Of a stretch of DNA of 64,000 nucleotides, positions 24,101-35,595 are shown piece after piece. This DNA is from Klebsormidium nitens (lineage: Eukaryota > Plantae > Klebsormidiophyceae): assembly GCA_000708835.1 (NCBI GenBank), contig DF237032.1, positions 62,001 through 126,000 on the forward strand. The letters run 5' to 3'. Positions within the stretch are counted from its first letter, which is position 1; the number at the start of each line of letters is the position of its first letter. Position numbers and translations under genes: made by a program. The notes under the pieces are model-generated. The model saw only the letters and a program-made list of their open reading frames with translations. It was not told where the DNA came from and did not search any database.

Positions 24101-26501
24101 GGATGACTGGATATTGCGAAGGTCGAGAGCGAACACGGGCTCCATTTCGTCCTCTGGCTTTGGGTGCATGCAGATCTCCAGAGAGGGAAAAGGATAGTTT
24201 GCGTTTGGCAGGGGCATTTGAGATCTTACTGACTTCGATCACTTATGCTCACTTGGTTTCTCGGAAACGAGTCGCATACCTAGGGACCCGCTCGAACATC
24301 CGCTTCTCAAAACATAGACGTCGAAAATTGTTCTCAACGTTCCTGTGACGCCTGATTCTTTACGTTTGAGTCAACGTGATCCAAGACCGATACCGATATG
24401 CCTCCTGTCCATATTATCAGAATCAGAAATCCGATAAACAAAAGAGGATTAAGAGACGTCACGTGCTTCCGTCCCGTGCTAGCTCTGGAAGGGAGCAAGG
24501 CATGCTCAGGCTCTTCAGGATGAGAATAATCTTTGTGTGCTTTTAGAAGCAAGCGCGACGTTTGCCGCTGCACGTGGCGACGTCCAGTACTGCTGTCACA
24601 CACCCGCTTCTAGCTAGTTGAAAATGATGGCGATGAAGACACCTTTCCATCCACCTTTCGCAGCAAGTGATCGACGAGCACGGCACGTGGCTGGCCGCCA
24701 ACAACGCGCGCCAAATCAGCAACTACGCGGACTTCGTGCGCGCGCGTTGGCCCGGCTTCTCCGAGGACTTTGAGGACCAGCCGGGGGCGCAGCTCGTGAA
24801 TTACGGCGGCGGGGATAACCCGCACGGGCGGGAAGCGCTCGAAGAGTTCAACCCCTCGGCAGCGGCCCTGGTGCTCGACAACGAAGTGCGGGAAGTGGTG
24901 AGTGCGCGGTCTTGTTTTTGGGTTTCAGGGTTCAGGGTTTAGGGTTTTAAGGTTTCGAAATGCCCTAAAGCCCTGAAAGCCTAAAAGCTTCTTGAGTGGT
25001 GGGAACATGAAGAGAGTGAATGTTGACTGCGTTTTCTAGCTGGCTGCGTGGGCATCCTGGTCAATAGCTTGTGCGAAAAGCGATGTTGCTCTGTTTCTGG
25101 GAACTTGAGTCAGGAAGAAAGGTTTCGGACGGCGGGATGTTCTGTAACCTTTGAGTACCGCAAGTTGGGCGGTCGAAAGGTGCGACGGACATGCCGCAAC
25201 TATCTGTGCGCAACTATCTCTCCGTTGTATTTTGCGGCGTCCGGAGATTTTGGAAAGAGAACCTTGAGGGTTGCCCTGCCCTCCTCTTTGAGGTCATCAA
25301 TATCGCTTTTTCTCGGCGCTTCGAAGTTTACGGCGCCGGAGGGCGAGACTTGAGCTGAAGTCTCGGAGAATCAAGACGCTAGAAGGATTACCCGTTCGTC
25401 TTCGACTGCTACATCACTAGAAGCTGCCAGTGCGCGGAATCTTGAGTTCAAGCGGCCTAGCTTGGCGCAACCACAAATCTAGCAGAATCCTAACGAGCTG
25501 CGCAAGCCGTCAACGCTGACGTCATCATTTATTGTCACCTAGGTTCTGGGCTTGGCTGCAAACACGGGCGGCGCGGGCGCGCTCGCGTATGGCCTGACCA
25601 CCGTGCTTCCGACGACGCTAGAGGACTTGCTCGCGCTCACCGTCTGCTCCCTGCTTGGGTGAGTGTATTCACACCGTGTTTCATTTCTTTTTGGAGCCCT
25701 TATGTCGTCGAACGTGGGCCGTCCGAGTGCGGTCCCCCGGATCTGCCCAACCAGCCGAGCATTCTTCAAGCTGAATGTAGTTTGTTTCCTTAGGATCACT
25801 AAGAAGGATAAAGTATAAAGTAGAAACAGATAACTTTTCAAGAATATGGAATCGTTCTGATCAAGCTGGGCTCTGTCTGGACGAGCAGATTGTTTCAAGC
25901 TTCAGAGCTGGGTCCCAACTTGTCCCTCTGTGGCCAGGAGTCCTATCCTGAGGACACTCTTCGGGAGAAGGGGATTAATGTGCTCTCGAAATTTTTGACC
26001 CTTTAGTTGTAAGCAGAAGTTTTGGTAGGGATCTCAGTTCTGACTGGACGAGGGACGTCCAATCTGGGCGCTTTGATTTCGAAGGATGTTTCATTCGTAC
26101 CGAAGGTTTGGAACTTTCAGAGTGGGCTTTTTCGAATATCGTCCGCCGGGCCGCACGCTTTTGTGGGCCTTGGAGAGTGATGCAGAACCATGCAGACTTG
26201 AACACTCGTCTATTTTGGCAGGTATGCGGGGATCCTCACGCTGCCTCAAAAGCGAGGGGAAGTAAAAAAGAAGGTGCGGAGGTCGTCGGAAAAGTTCGCG
26301 GCCGAAATAGAGGAGGCTATGCGGAAAGATATGGAGGAGGAGTTGGACCGCATGGCCAGTGCGGTTGAGGAACTCATCGCTCCGTATCGGCAAGCTGCTC
26401 TCGAGGAGGTGGCGCGAGTAAACAAAGTAGAAGCGCAACTTAGCGAAGTTGATGCCGACTTGAGGACGGCGAGATCAAAGGTGCGACGGTTTGGAGAATG
26501 A
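18181..26501 (+). CDS. FZL: FZL, chloroplast dynamin/mitofusin-like GTPase
   Basis: 12 phase-consistent exons: 18181-18748, 19189-19721, 20037-20105, 20473-20673, 21277-21408, 21845-21931, 22227-22601, 22867-22932, 23807-23980, 24664-24897, 25543-25658, 26222-26501. Transit-peptide-like N-terminus, thiamine-phosphate-synthase-like region (ERADIAAAAGADGV), G1 GEFNSGKS, G3 DTPG, G4 NKAD, and TM region VLPTTLEDLLAL. Confidence 0.95.
22975..23091 (+). mobile_element. Relic of a retroelement-type (pepsin-like A2) aspartic protease inside FZL intron 8
   Basis: Translation LRTEVQVLVEEVPTRIILDSGATMSGVSESLV, with DSGA at 23041-23052, fits the hydrophobic-D[ST]GA-x-S-x-(I/V)S signature of LTR-retrotransposon proteases. 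No gag, RT or LTR seen nearby. Confidence 0.55.
23629..23643 (+). repeat. Duplicated acceptor and start of FZL exon 9
   Basis: GTGCTGCCAGGTGGC at 23629-23643 is identical to 23797-23811, the true acceptor. Downstream similarity decays. Confidence 0.65.
24919..24988. repeat. Inverted degenerate telomere-like repeats in FZL intron 10
   Basis: G-rich arm TGGGTTTCAGGGTTCAGGGTTTAGGGTTTTAAGG, palindromic centre TTTCGAAA (24953-24960), then C-rich arm GCCCTAAAGCCCTGAAAGCCTAAAAGC. Confidence 0.7.
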
Positions 26502-26801
26502 CGGTCTCGGAACCTTTTTGTCCTTGTGTTTGAGTGCGAGTGTAACTTTTGGGTGGTCCAAGTCCAAGGCTCAAAACACAGATGGTCCCCCGTACTGCAT
26601 GAGGCCTGTAAAATTCACCATGTTAATAAACATGCGATATGTTTTGCGGAATCAGATCTGGAGGTGGCCTCCATTTTACATCGCCATGGGGGCGGCTATC
26701 GTAAACACTTGATTCCAAGCTAGTAACGCAGCCGGGCATGGCGCATGAAAACGGTTTATACACATGTATCACATTCCGTTATACCATATGCAAGAGAGTG
26801 A

Positions 26802-26910
26802 GTATGTACGTGCACGTACATACGACCATGCCCCGTATGGTCGTCCCCGGCCATGGTCAGTGCAGCATGGCCGGCCCGGACGATCGATTTCGGCCAATCG
26901 CGATTGGCCG
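26802..26910. repeat. Array of four consecutive inverted repeats in the FZL/SYP22 convergent spacer
   Basis: 22-bp perfect palindrome 26802-26823, 8-bp stem 26822-26844, 9-bp stem 26847-26874 and 20-bp perfect palindrome 26891-26910. Confidence 0.9.
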
Positions 26911-27395
26911 GCCGTATAGAATTTCTTGATTCAATTGTCATGGAACTAATTGCCCCATCCACGTACAACGACGCGTAGTTAATTATGAACAGGCACCCGT
27001 GGATCCGTGTGACACTATACGGTCACATGGCCGCGGCGCACACTTGGCACTTTCTAGCTGATCGTTTCCTTTCCGCGGCCAACTCTCGCGATCATGCGCA
27101 TGTTTGATGACACGGGACGTTTAATGATCAATTGGTGCTCACGTCGAACATTTGTCTTGTTGCGCACAACACATGGTGCAAGCGTTGATTTAGCGCGAAA
27201 CTTATCCATCGACACATGATGGACACTTGATGAATGTCAACATGTCCTTTTTCGTGGTACAAAGTAGCACTTATAGATGTCCGGTGGGGACAATACACCC
27301 AGCTAATCTTACAGGTTTAGTATCTGATCAACAGCTTTGCTCAATGTGCGTATCTATTCTATGTACATACTCCCAGCTTTCCCAGTGTTCCTTGC

Positions 27396-30300
27396 TTACG
27401 CCACCATCACAAAGACGATGATGATTAGCGCTAAGCTGAAGAAGACCATTAAGCAGCACGCCTGCACAGTCAAGGACGAGCGTCAAACATTGCTTCTCAG
27501 ACGAAAGTGCAAGCGTGAACTCCTTGCAAGCGCGAATAAGCAAGCGAAGCCATCTTCTGCTTCACAAACAGTCCACAAAGAGGTCGTGGGTTCCTAAACA
27601 TAGTTTCGCTGACGCAGTATGCATAGGCTTACCGGACTCTACAAGGACTCCTTGCAGTGACTCTAGCACAGAAAGACTTCTGGAGAGGCAGTTGAGCAGA
27701 TTATCTACTGCGTTGTGGTCAGACTTCAAAAGCAAATGCACAGTCGTAGAGCGAACTTACCGTCGACGCGTTTGACTTTTGCCGCTTGGCAGCTCCTCGC
27801 AGTTCCTTGTTCGCCCGGATCATGGACTCGTCCGTGGACACCAGATTGGAGTCGATCAGATCTGCACAGAGATATCCTCGATGAGAATGCCTCCACTTCT
27901 TAAACCTCAGCCGTTGTTGCTATTCGTCGTACCGGATGAAAATCACCGCAAAGACGTCGTTACAAGCAGCGAAACGTCCCGTAAAACGCATTGGACAATC
28001 TCAGGGAAAGACGTCCTTACGAGAGGCGAAACGTCCATACGAGAAGCGAAACGCAGGTTTGACTAGACTCTTGAGCAGCGACTCGAGCGGAGACATTGAC
28101 TCGCTGTGGTAAAAAGCCTCCGCTTTGACGACTTCCCGCCTTTACCACAATTGCACACTTTCTATCGCATCCCTCTTCCTCTGGTCCTCAACTCAAGTAA
28201 GATATCGCAAGCCGGCTTTGCCGTGTCTTGAGATTGACGACAACCAGACGAGATGCACAGCTGTCCCTTCCTCGCTTCCAATCCACCACCCCACGAGCTT
28301 CTTCCTCTGAGAAAGGAGCATATCACCCCTCGCAATCTCGCGAACTGCAATATCTGTGAGCCACAACCCACTCCGGCCCTCGTCTCTCAAGTTGCCCTCT
28401 GATAGCATTGCCGTCCAAAAGCACTGCCTATCCACCGCAGTGTGTAAGGACTTAACAATTTAACGGGGTTGCGGGGTAAGGTTAAACGGGTTCCGATTTC
28501 ATGGTGAGGGGTCGCGGGGGCTGACCTATAGAGCTGCCCTGTTCTTGCACAAGCTGCGCCAGGTCCTTGAACGTCTCGTGCACCTCCAGGATCTGCCCCT
28601 GGATATCCCGGATCCCCTCCTCGCGCTCGACGATCAGCGCCTCGTTGTAGTCCAGGTCAGCTTCCAAGTTCAGCACCTCTTGCCTGGTTATCGAAAAGAT
28701 GGGTTCGTGTTGGTTATCAAACGACGGGTTGATCCTTCTTTCTCAAAAACATGGTTCAGCCCTGGTCGTTGACAAGATGGGGTATGACCTCGTCGACAGA
28801 AACGTAACGCTCTGGTTAACAATCAACCCAAGAGGTGGCGGGAATATGAAAATGTTTCCGAATAACGAAAAGATTTGCAAGTTCGCTCTCAGGACTCGAG
28901 CACCTTCGCTCGCTCAACCGGCTGACGAAGTAGCTGAAGGACAAGCATCTGTAAGCTCAAAACGGAGTCCCTCGAAGTTGACATCGTTCTGCTCAGGAGA
29001 TAAACCTCCTTGCCTGGTAAAGAGCACCGAATGCCAAGAGATGCATACACGATCATTATGCTTTCAGACTTTTCCGAGCAGGTAGGGGCTTGCGTTGTGG
29101 AGAAGATTACGAGTCAGGAAAGGAAAGTGCGGCCCCCAAAGTCAAACATCCTTTTGAGGAACGGGCTTGCTGCCAAATAAATCGTATGGACCCTAGGAAC
29201 GTTGCAAACAAAGAGGCGTGAAAAGCATTCGTGCATGTTTTCAAGAAAACGGGTGGAGTAACAACAAGTGTGTTGATTGCGACCAACATCCATTAACAGC
29301 AGCGAATTTGCTTAATACGTACCAATGAAATCAAATTGGGAATACCAAACAGAGGCAGGGTCCGGGTTGACGCCTCAAAAGTCGATCCACCTACTTTTCC
29401 ATGGCAGCTGGAGAATGTTTAGTGGACTGCCACGCGTAAAGTCGTTTGAGGGACGCACCTTTGTTGCTGCACTAATAACGTTTGCCGTTCATCTCTGCTC
29501 CCCCCCTCCACTTGTATATGCAGACTGCACAAAATACGCAGAGAATATAAGTGGGTAATGTAAGGTAAGCCTGCTGTTCTGTGGCAATTGTGATACGAGC
29601 GGACAGTGGTGCCAGCTCAGAGGTTGACCCGGTTCTTTGTGCTCGACACGGTCGCTTCGGTATGGAAGGGGTCAACAGATCGTTTCGGGGTACTGCTTCA
29701 ACTGCTTGAAGTTCAAAGCATTGAAATCGAGATCAGAGAATGAAGGGGTCTTTAGAGCAATCGACACCAACTTCCCTGCACTATCGTCTGTTCTACATTT
29801 AGCATGGCTTTCGAGGTTGCTGCAATGACGCTGAGTACTCTCGTATCCCTACCATCCGCCAGAGGGAAAGATGCTAAATGCTCGCACGAACCTGCCCTGC
29901 GTTTCGTCAGATGTTCCCCAGATGTTTGGCGGCCGAAAAACAGCGTCTTTGGAAACCTACTGACACCTTTTGGGAGTCTCCAATTTCAACAGATGAGCAC
30001 AAGAGCTGTCAAAAACGAAAGCTGGACACGGACGCGCACCTGTCTGGGTTCTGGCTTTCCTTGGGCACATATGGAATGTACTTCTTTTCTCGGTCCAGTG
30101 CTTCTCGTTGGGCTTTTGAAAAATCGTTGAGGACTCGCTGGAGGTCGGCGGCCAGTTTCGTGTCCTGCCGCTTTCGTTCCAACTGCACACATAATGAATC
30201 ACATCTCACGGATGATTGATCATCTGACAACTCTCTCTGTCTTTGACGGTTTGTTTGCGCTAGCTCAAGCCACTTTGCCCAGCCTAACCATTCGAAGATC

Positions 30301-30971
30301 GTTAAGAATCACGTGACAAAATACTCAAAGGAGGTCTAGCAAAACACCCTGGTCCAGCGGTTGCGAAGCACAACCATTAATCCATGGCGAAAAGGCCCCT
30401 CACCCCAACGTTTGCCGTATGATCCCGCCCCGAAGCTGCCTTCAACTCATCTGTGGCCTTCTTTGCTAGTTCGGATATATGCGCGTTCGTCTTTGCCCTG
30501 GAGATGAAACCACAACGCAAGTCAAAAGAGTGACTAAGAACCTTCCTGAAATTGAGAGAGTGGTGCCACCTGCAAATGGAAAAAGTTTCATAATGCAAAC
30601 CCTAATGCTGGAATACTCCGCTGAACCACCAAGGAGGATACAACGGACAGCCTAAGCTAGAAGACTCCGAAAACCCTAACTTGCATGGGTGATGCTTGTT
30701 CAAGGATACCAAACAAAAGCAGCTGCTTCCAAGAATCGCTCGACAACAACTTCCATCTGTTGTTCGAGAGTTAGGCTAAGAAAACCCACAGTTTTTCTCG
30801 CAGCTTCGGTGTGTCCTTGGGCGTCCCCAGCGTATTGACATCCTTCTGGTATGTGTTCACTGCGGTCTTGAGCTGAAAGATGCTCGCCGCCAGCCGCTGT
30901 GTCCCATCCCCACTGGGGCCCCTATTTGCGGGACCTCGTGCTGGCCCCGCCCCCAAATCCTGAAAACTCAT
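27396..30971 (-). CDS. SYP22: SYP2-family (SYP22/VAM3-like) Qa-SNARE syntaxin
   Basis: Exons 30971-30790, 30497-30404, 30182-30040, 29524-29459, 28683-28526, 27861-27761, 27461-27396, phases checked. MSFQDL start, NTLGTPKDTPKLREKL, SNARE motif YNEALIVEREEGIRDIQGQILEVHETFKDLAQLVQEQG and a C-terminal TM helix. Confidence 0.93.
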
Positions 30972-31383
30972 CGCAGGAGGCTCTGCCTACAAGGACTATT
31001 ACACTGTCCCCTTCCAAGTGACGTGCGACCCTGTCTGTCTGCAACAAGGCTGTGAATCTTGTGCTGCTTGTCTTTTGTGAAAGGTCATCCGGATGTTCTT
31101 CAGGGGCCCTCTCTACTCATTCCTGCCGCATGCACTCAAGTTAATTACAGGGGGGCACAAGCATTCCACAGAGGCAGTCCCCCCCGCCTTCTACCTTCAA
31201 GGGTTTTCGCTCAGGCCTGTGAAGAGACAGCGGGCTTCCCCTCACGAATCCGAAGCGTCCTGGCGCCTGCCTCGCAAAGCAGGAATTGTAAAATGGAAAC
31301 TGACACACAGTCACTGAGGCGTTTTACATGGATAGTGACAGTGTTTAAGTGAACTTTGCCTGCATGTGTACGTGTGGTCCGGC

Positions 31384-31409
31384 AACCCTAACCACCCTTG
31401 GTTAGGGTT
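31384..31409. promoter_or_regulatory. Inverted telo-box-like pair in the SYP22/YIPF divergent promoter
   Basis: AACCCTAACC (31384-31393) and its exact reverse complement GGTTAGGGTT (31400-31409), separated by 6 nt. A regulatory role is inferred. Confidence 0.4.
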
Positions 31410-31883
31410 CTGAACAGCTTCCTTTTATCTGCAAGATGGTATTCACAGTAATCGGGGTTATTCGAGGGTTAACGTCAAGGTGCGATCTCCCCTGCCACTG
31501 CCAGACAGCCTCACTGCCCTCAGGCCCAGGGAAGACTCCGAAGAGCAAGGGAAGCAGCGTAGGATTGCTGCAGCACTCACGCGAAACGCGAAGGCGCCTT
31601 TCAACGTCACAGCTCTAGGAATGCGCTCAGAGGGCTGGCCCTTTGGTATCTAGTCTACTACAGGAAGCAAGACGTGAGCGAGTAGAGGGCTAGTGAAGTA
31701 AACTTTCGGTCCCGGACAAGACGCCGGAGGATCTCTTCAGCTCATTACAGAACACTGCGGCGATCAAATGCAATTCAGAGCGCAGCGGTGAAAGAAGGAC
31801 AGTCTACATCAGCTATATCAAGCGGTTGGGTTTGGCTTGGCTGACTGCGCGCCAGAAGCTTGGAATTCGCCCAATCAGCAACC

Positions 31884-34423
31884 ATGTCGTTGTACGTAAA
31901 TCTGCAGAATGAAGCAGAGGCAGCTTCTGGAAACAGTGTGCCGGTGAGCAATAAGGTTGTGGTTGTTCCTTGGATAACCGTTGGGCAAATCCGTGCTGAG
32001 ACAGAGGACAAGTCGAGCAGAAGTATGACAATTCAGACCGATAGATATTGAAAACTGCTTCCTACTGGATTGATCGTTTATCTTAATGCAGGACGTCCAT
32101 TCTGGGGTCCGCTCAAAAGTCGATTGCTTATCGTTTTCAAAATCCTTTTCGTAGGTCGCCGGTGACACAGTCCTACAATTTCAAGGTGAGATTGCTCTCC
32201 GCCTGTTAGTGGTGCAGCTGGAGCAATGGAAGCAAGAGGATATAGTCTTGATCTTGATAGTTCGGAGCGCTAGGCAAATCTGACCGGTTGGCCTTTCCAG
32301 ATCCACCACATGGGTGAATGCTCACAGCTACATCGATTCGGAAGCCGCTTTTTGAAAGAAGCTGGGCCCTGATGTGCACTATGTTTCATACTTGTGCAGA
32401 GTCTACATTCTCATCTGGTCAAGCAACTGGAAAGATGACTGGGAACAACAGGCCTGGAACCTCAGACGGTGAGGCGTCTACCACTTTCGCTTCATCCTGG
32501 GAAGCAGCAATGTCTGATATTTAATGGTTCTGCCATAGCTCTACACCCCGTTCCTTCGTGCTCTATGTATGTATGTTGTGAGGAATGGAGTCGCTTTTTC
32601 ATGTGTTTGGTATTTTTGTCATCTTTGCTTTGCAATCATGGTCTTTCCACTCAGCATCTACAGAATCTGCTGCAGCTCCCCCAGCTTGTCAATCGATGAA
32701 AGCCCCACAGAACGATCCCTTCAGCTGTATCTCTTAACCATACACCATGGCTGTACTTAGGGCAGCGCCCCCTGATCTGTGCCTTGTTTGCTGACAGCCA
32801 ACTTCACAACGCCTCTGGCGGGAGGCGCCAACAGTGGACCAGAGGGCGGGCATCCCGCAGCGCGTGGCAGCATGTTTTCGATCAACTACTACCGGCCGTA
32901 CTTTGACGTGGACACAGTGGATGTCCTGGGGCGAATTAAGGACTCGTTCATCCCCATCTCGGGCGACTTTGTGGAGAAAAACGCGGCCAATCCTGACCTG
33001 TGAGCGATCCGCCAGCGAATTTATGTTGCGAGCAGTGGTGTGGCTTCCTTTCAGCTAGGTGCTTTATAGTGCACACTGGGTTCTGCAGTCTTAGGTTAAC
33101 AGAGGTGCAAGAAACGCAGGCCTGGACTCCTTACGCTGAACTTAAGAAGTTACTGTACCTACCTGCATTGCCAGATTGCCGATGCACCTGCTACCATGTA
33201 GAGACATTTCAGGATCATGTGTCCCATCCAAGCTACAAGGTACCATAGTCCACAGTACTTGATTCCAAAGAAACAGTCAATCTGCTTTCGGAAAGTTAGG
33301 TATCCGGATGTTGCATTTGGAAAGTGCACCTTCGAAATTTGATATGGCCGTTGGAAGGCCAGAGACTGGGCAAATCATTCTCAGACCCTTTTCCAAGTGT
33401 CACCATATGGCATTTGGACTCCGGTTAGGCATAACCATACTAAATTCACCTTCTCCGGTCGGATTGCTAGAACGTTATCCTAAGTAAGATGCTTTGATTT
33501 CATCACTGTAGACTACGGTATCTGCAAAGCCCTATTGACGGTAGCCCATTGCCGACCAAACCTTTCTTCTGACGGGTCGCGGCATCTTTCCCTCAGGTAC
33601 GGTCCCTTCTGGATCTGCACCACGCTGATCTTTGTCACCGCCGCCCTCGGCAATTTCGCCACGTTCCTGAGCTTCAAACCGACTGCCGCCGAGCCTAAGT
33701 GGCACTACGACATCAACAAGGTCTCATACGGCTCCGCCATCTTCTACGGATACATTGGCGTCATCCCCCTCCTCCTCTTCTTTGTCATGAAGTACTACAG
33801 GGCGGCGATCGGGCTCGTCCAACTGTGGTGTCTGTACGGGTACTCGCTCGCGGTCTTCATCCCGATCACAGTGAGATTCTGTCACCGTACCTTGTTTCTT
33901 ATGCTTGCACTGCTTTGTCTGCTTCCTTGCTTCCTTGAGAGAAGGCTCTGAGGTGCCTTCTTCGATAGGGCCTTGTTTTGCAAACAGTAGCTCTTCAAGA
34001 CCTATAATCGGTAGAGCGAAAGTAATACATCGAGTAAGGACCCGTATTTTGCTTGGTCCTCTCGTCGAGCTTCCGGAAGAGTCGTCCGTGCTCCAAAAGC
34101 GCCATCATGTTGTTCTTTGCGAAACTTACTGCGTTCCTGCAACCTTTTTCTTACCTATCTCACTCATGTTCTGTCATCATCAATCACTAGAGTCTGTTTG
34201 CTTGCAGTTTTTGTGTGTCATCCCAATCGAGCTTGCGCGGTGGGGTGTTGTAGCTGCGGCGTGCTTGCTCTCGACCCTCTTCTTGGCGCTGAACATCCGA
34301 GGACACATTCTGCACACGACGGAGAACTGGTACCTCGTCGTGCTCGCAGTTGTGGCCTTGCATCTAGCTCTAGGACTGGTTCTGAAGCTTTACTTCTTCA
34401 CGTACTTCTCGTTCTCACTATAG
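31884..34423 (+). CDS. YIPF1: Yip1-domain Golgi membrane protein (YIPF1/YIPF2 type)
   Basis: Exons 31884-31943, 32155-32185, 32400-32468, 32798-32999, 33597-33870, 34208-34423, phases checked. Motifs YRPYFDVDTVDV, NPDLYGPFWICTTLIF, CLYGYSLAVFIP and LKLYFF. The first three small exons are less certain. Confidence 0.9.
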
Positions 34424-35595
34424 TGTGTCCACAAGGGGTAGACTGATGAGACCTGTTTTGGAATATACCGTGAAATCAAAACGGCGCACATTTTCGATCT
34501 GCTTTCATCCAGTCCTTGGCCTGGACCTCTGAGCAATCGAATTTCGGACGGCAATCAGGTCACTTGCAGTGTTGATGCATATATTCTGGAGTCACAATGG
34601 CGTGCAAATCTGCCAGGTTGAAGCAGCAGTAGTGCAAGTTGACAGCCTCAGAGCTGGTTGGGATTGTACGGCTGATTCCATGCCCCACACTGAGGTGCCC
34701 TGCCGGCCAGTGGGTTAGGCCCCGGGCGGGGCGCCTAAAAGCAACCATCCAAAGATCATGCGATAGCTGAAACATCGAATCGTGAGTCGTACAGCTAGCT
34801 ATACTTATCTGCTGCACCAGCCAGCAATCGATCCGACCGTCTTGGCCGAAAATTTCATTCTCTGAAAATACGGGGAATCATCGCGCTGCGCGGCATATCA
34901 TCAAAGGGTTGCAATTACCATTGTAGCCCGACGATACTTGTCGAGATTCCGAACTGGCGGTCGATGAGCGTGCATTTCTGTCCCCGGCCCGTTCTACAAG
35001 TAACTAACGTTTAGCGACCGAGGATTGAATTGCATACTTAGAGCAATTCAAGTTCACAATGTTAATGATCCACTGGAGGAGTCCACTCAATCAGATACTG
35101 TCGGACTCGACATGCATGTGTCACTGTCATCCAACGTTTGAATCGTCCGAGCATCATGATCATGGTGGCGGCCGATGTATTGTTTTGATGCAGCTCTGTC
35201 GGAGGGTCGTGTACTGCATGGCAACCTCGTGCATGCAGGCAACCTCAGTCCAGCATGCCGCTCACCATGGTATACAGGCGTGTCAATGCCCCGACATGCT
35301 ACCAAGTGTTTATAGATAGACCATCGCCGTCAGCGTATCACCGAGTGTATTGGGGTACGTTTTACCCACGCTCCCGTCACAACAATGCATGCGTGGCTCA
35401 GTCTCACTGCACTGGTTTGTATACAAGATGATAGCCTTCAAAAGATCTCGCAGGCAATGCACACCGCACGGCTTGCGGCAATGTTAGCTGCACATGCTCG
35501 TCCTCAGACCCACTGGGGAGATGCCACTATCTCTGTAGGCGTACTGACGTCATTCCCATGCAAACGCTGTCGGATAACTGTTCACTCTTCGACGC

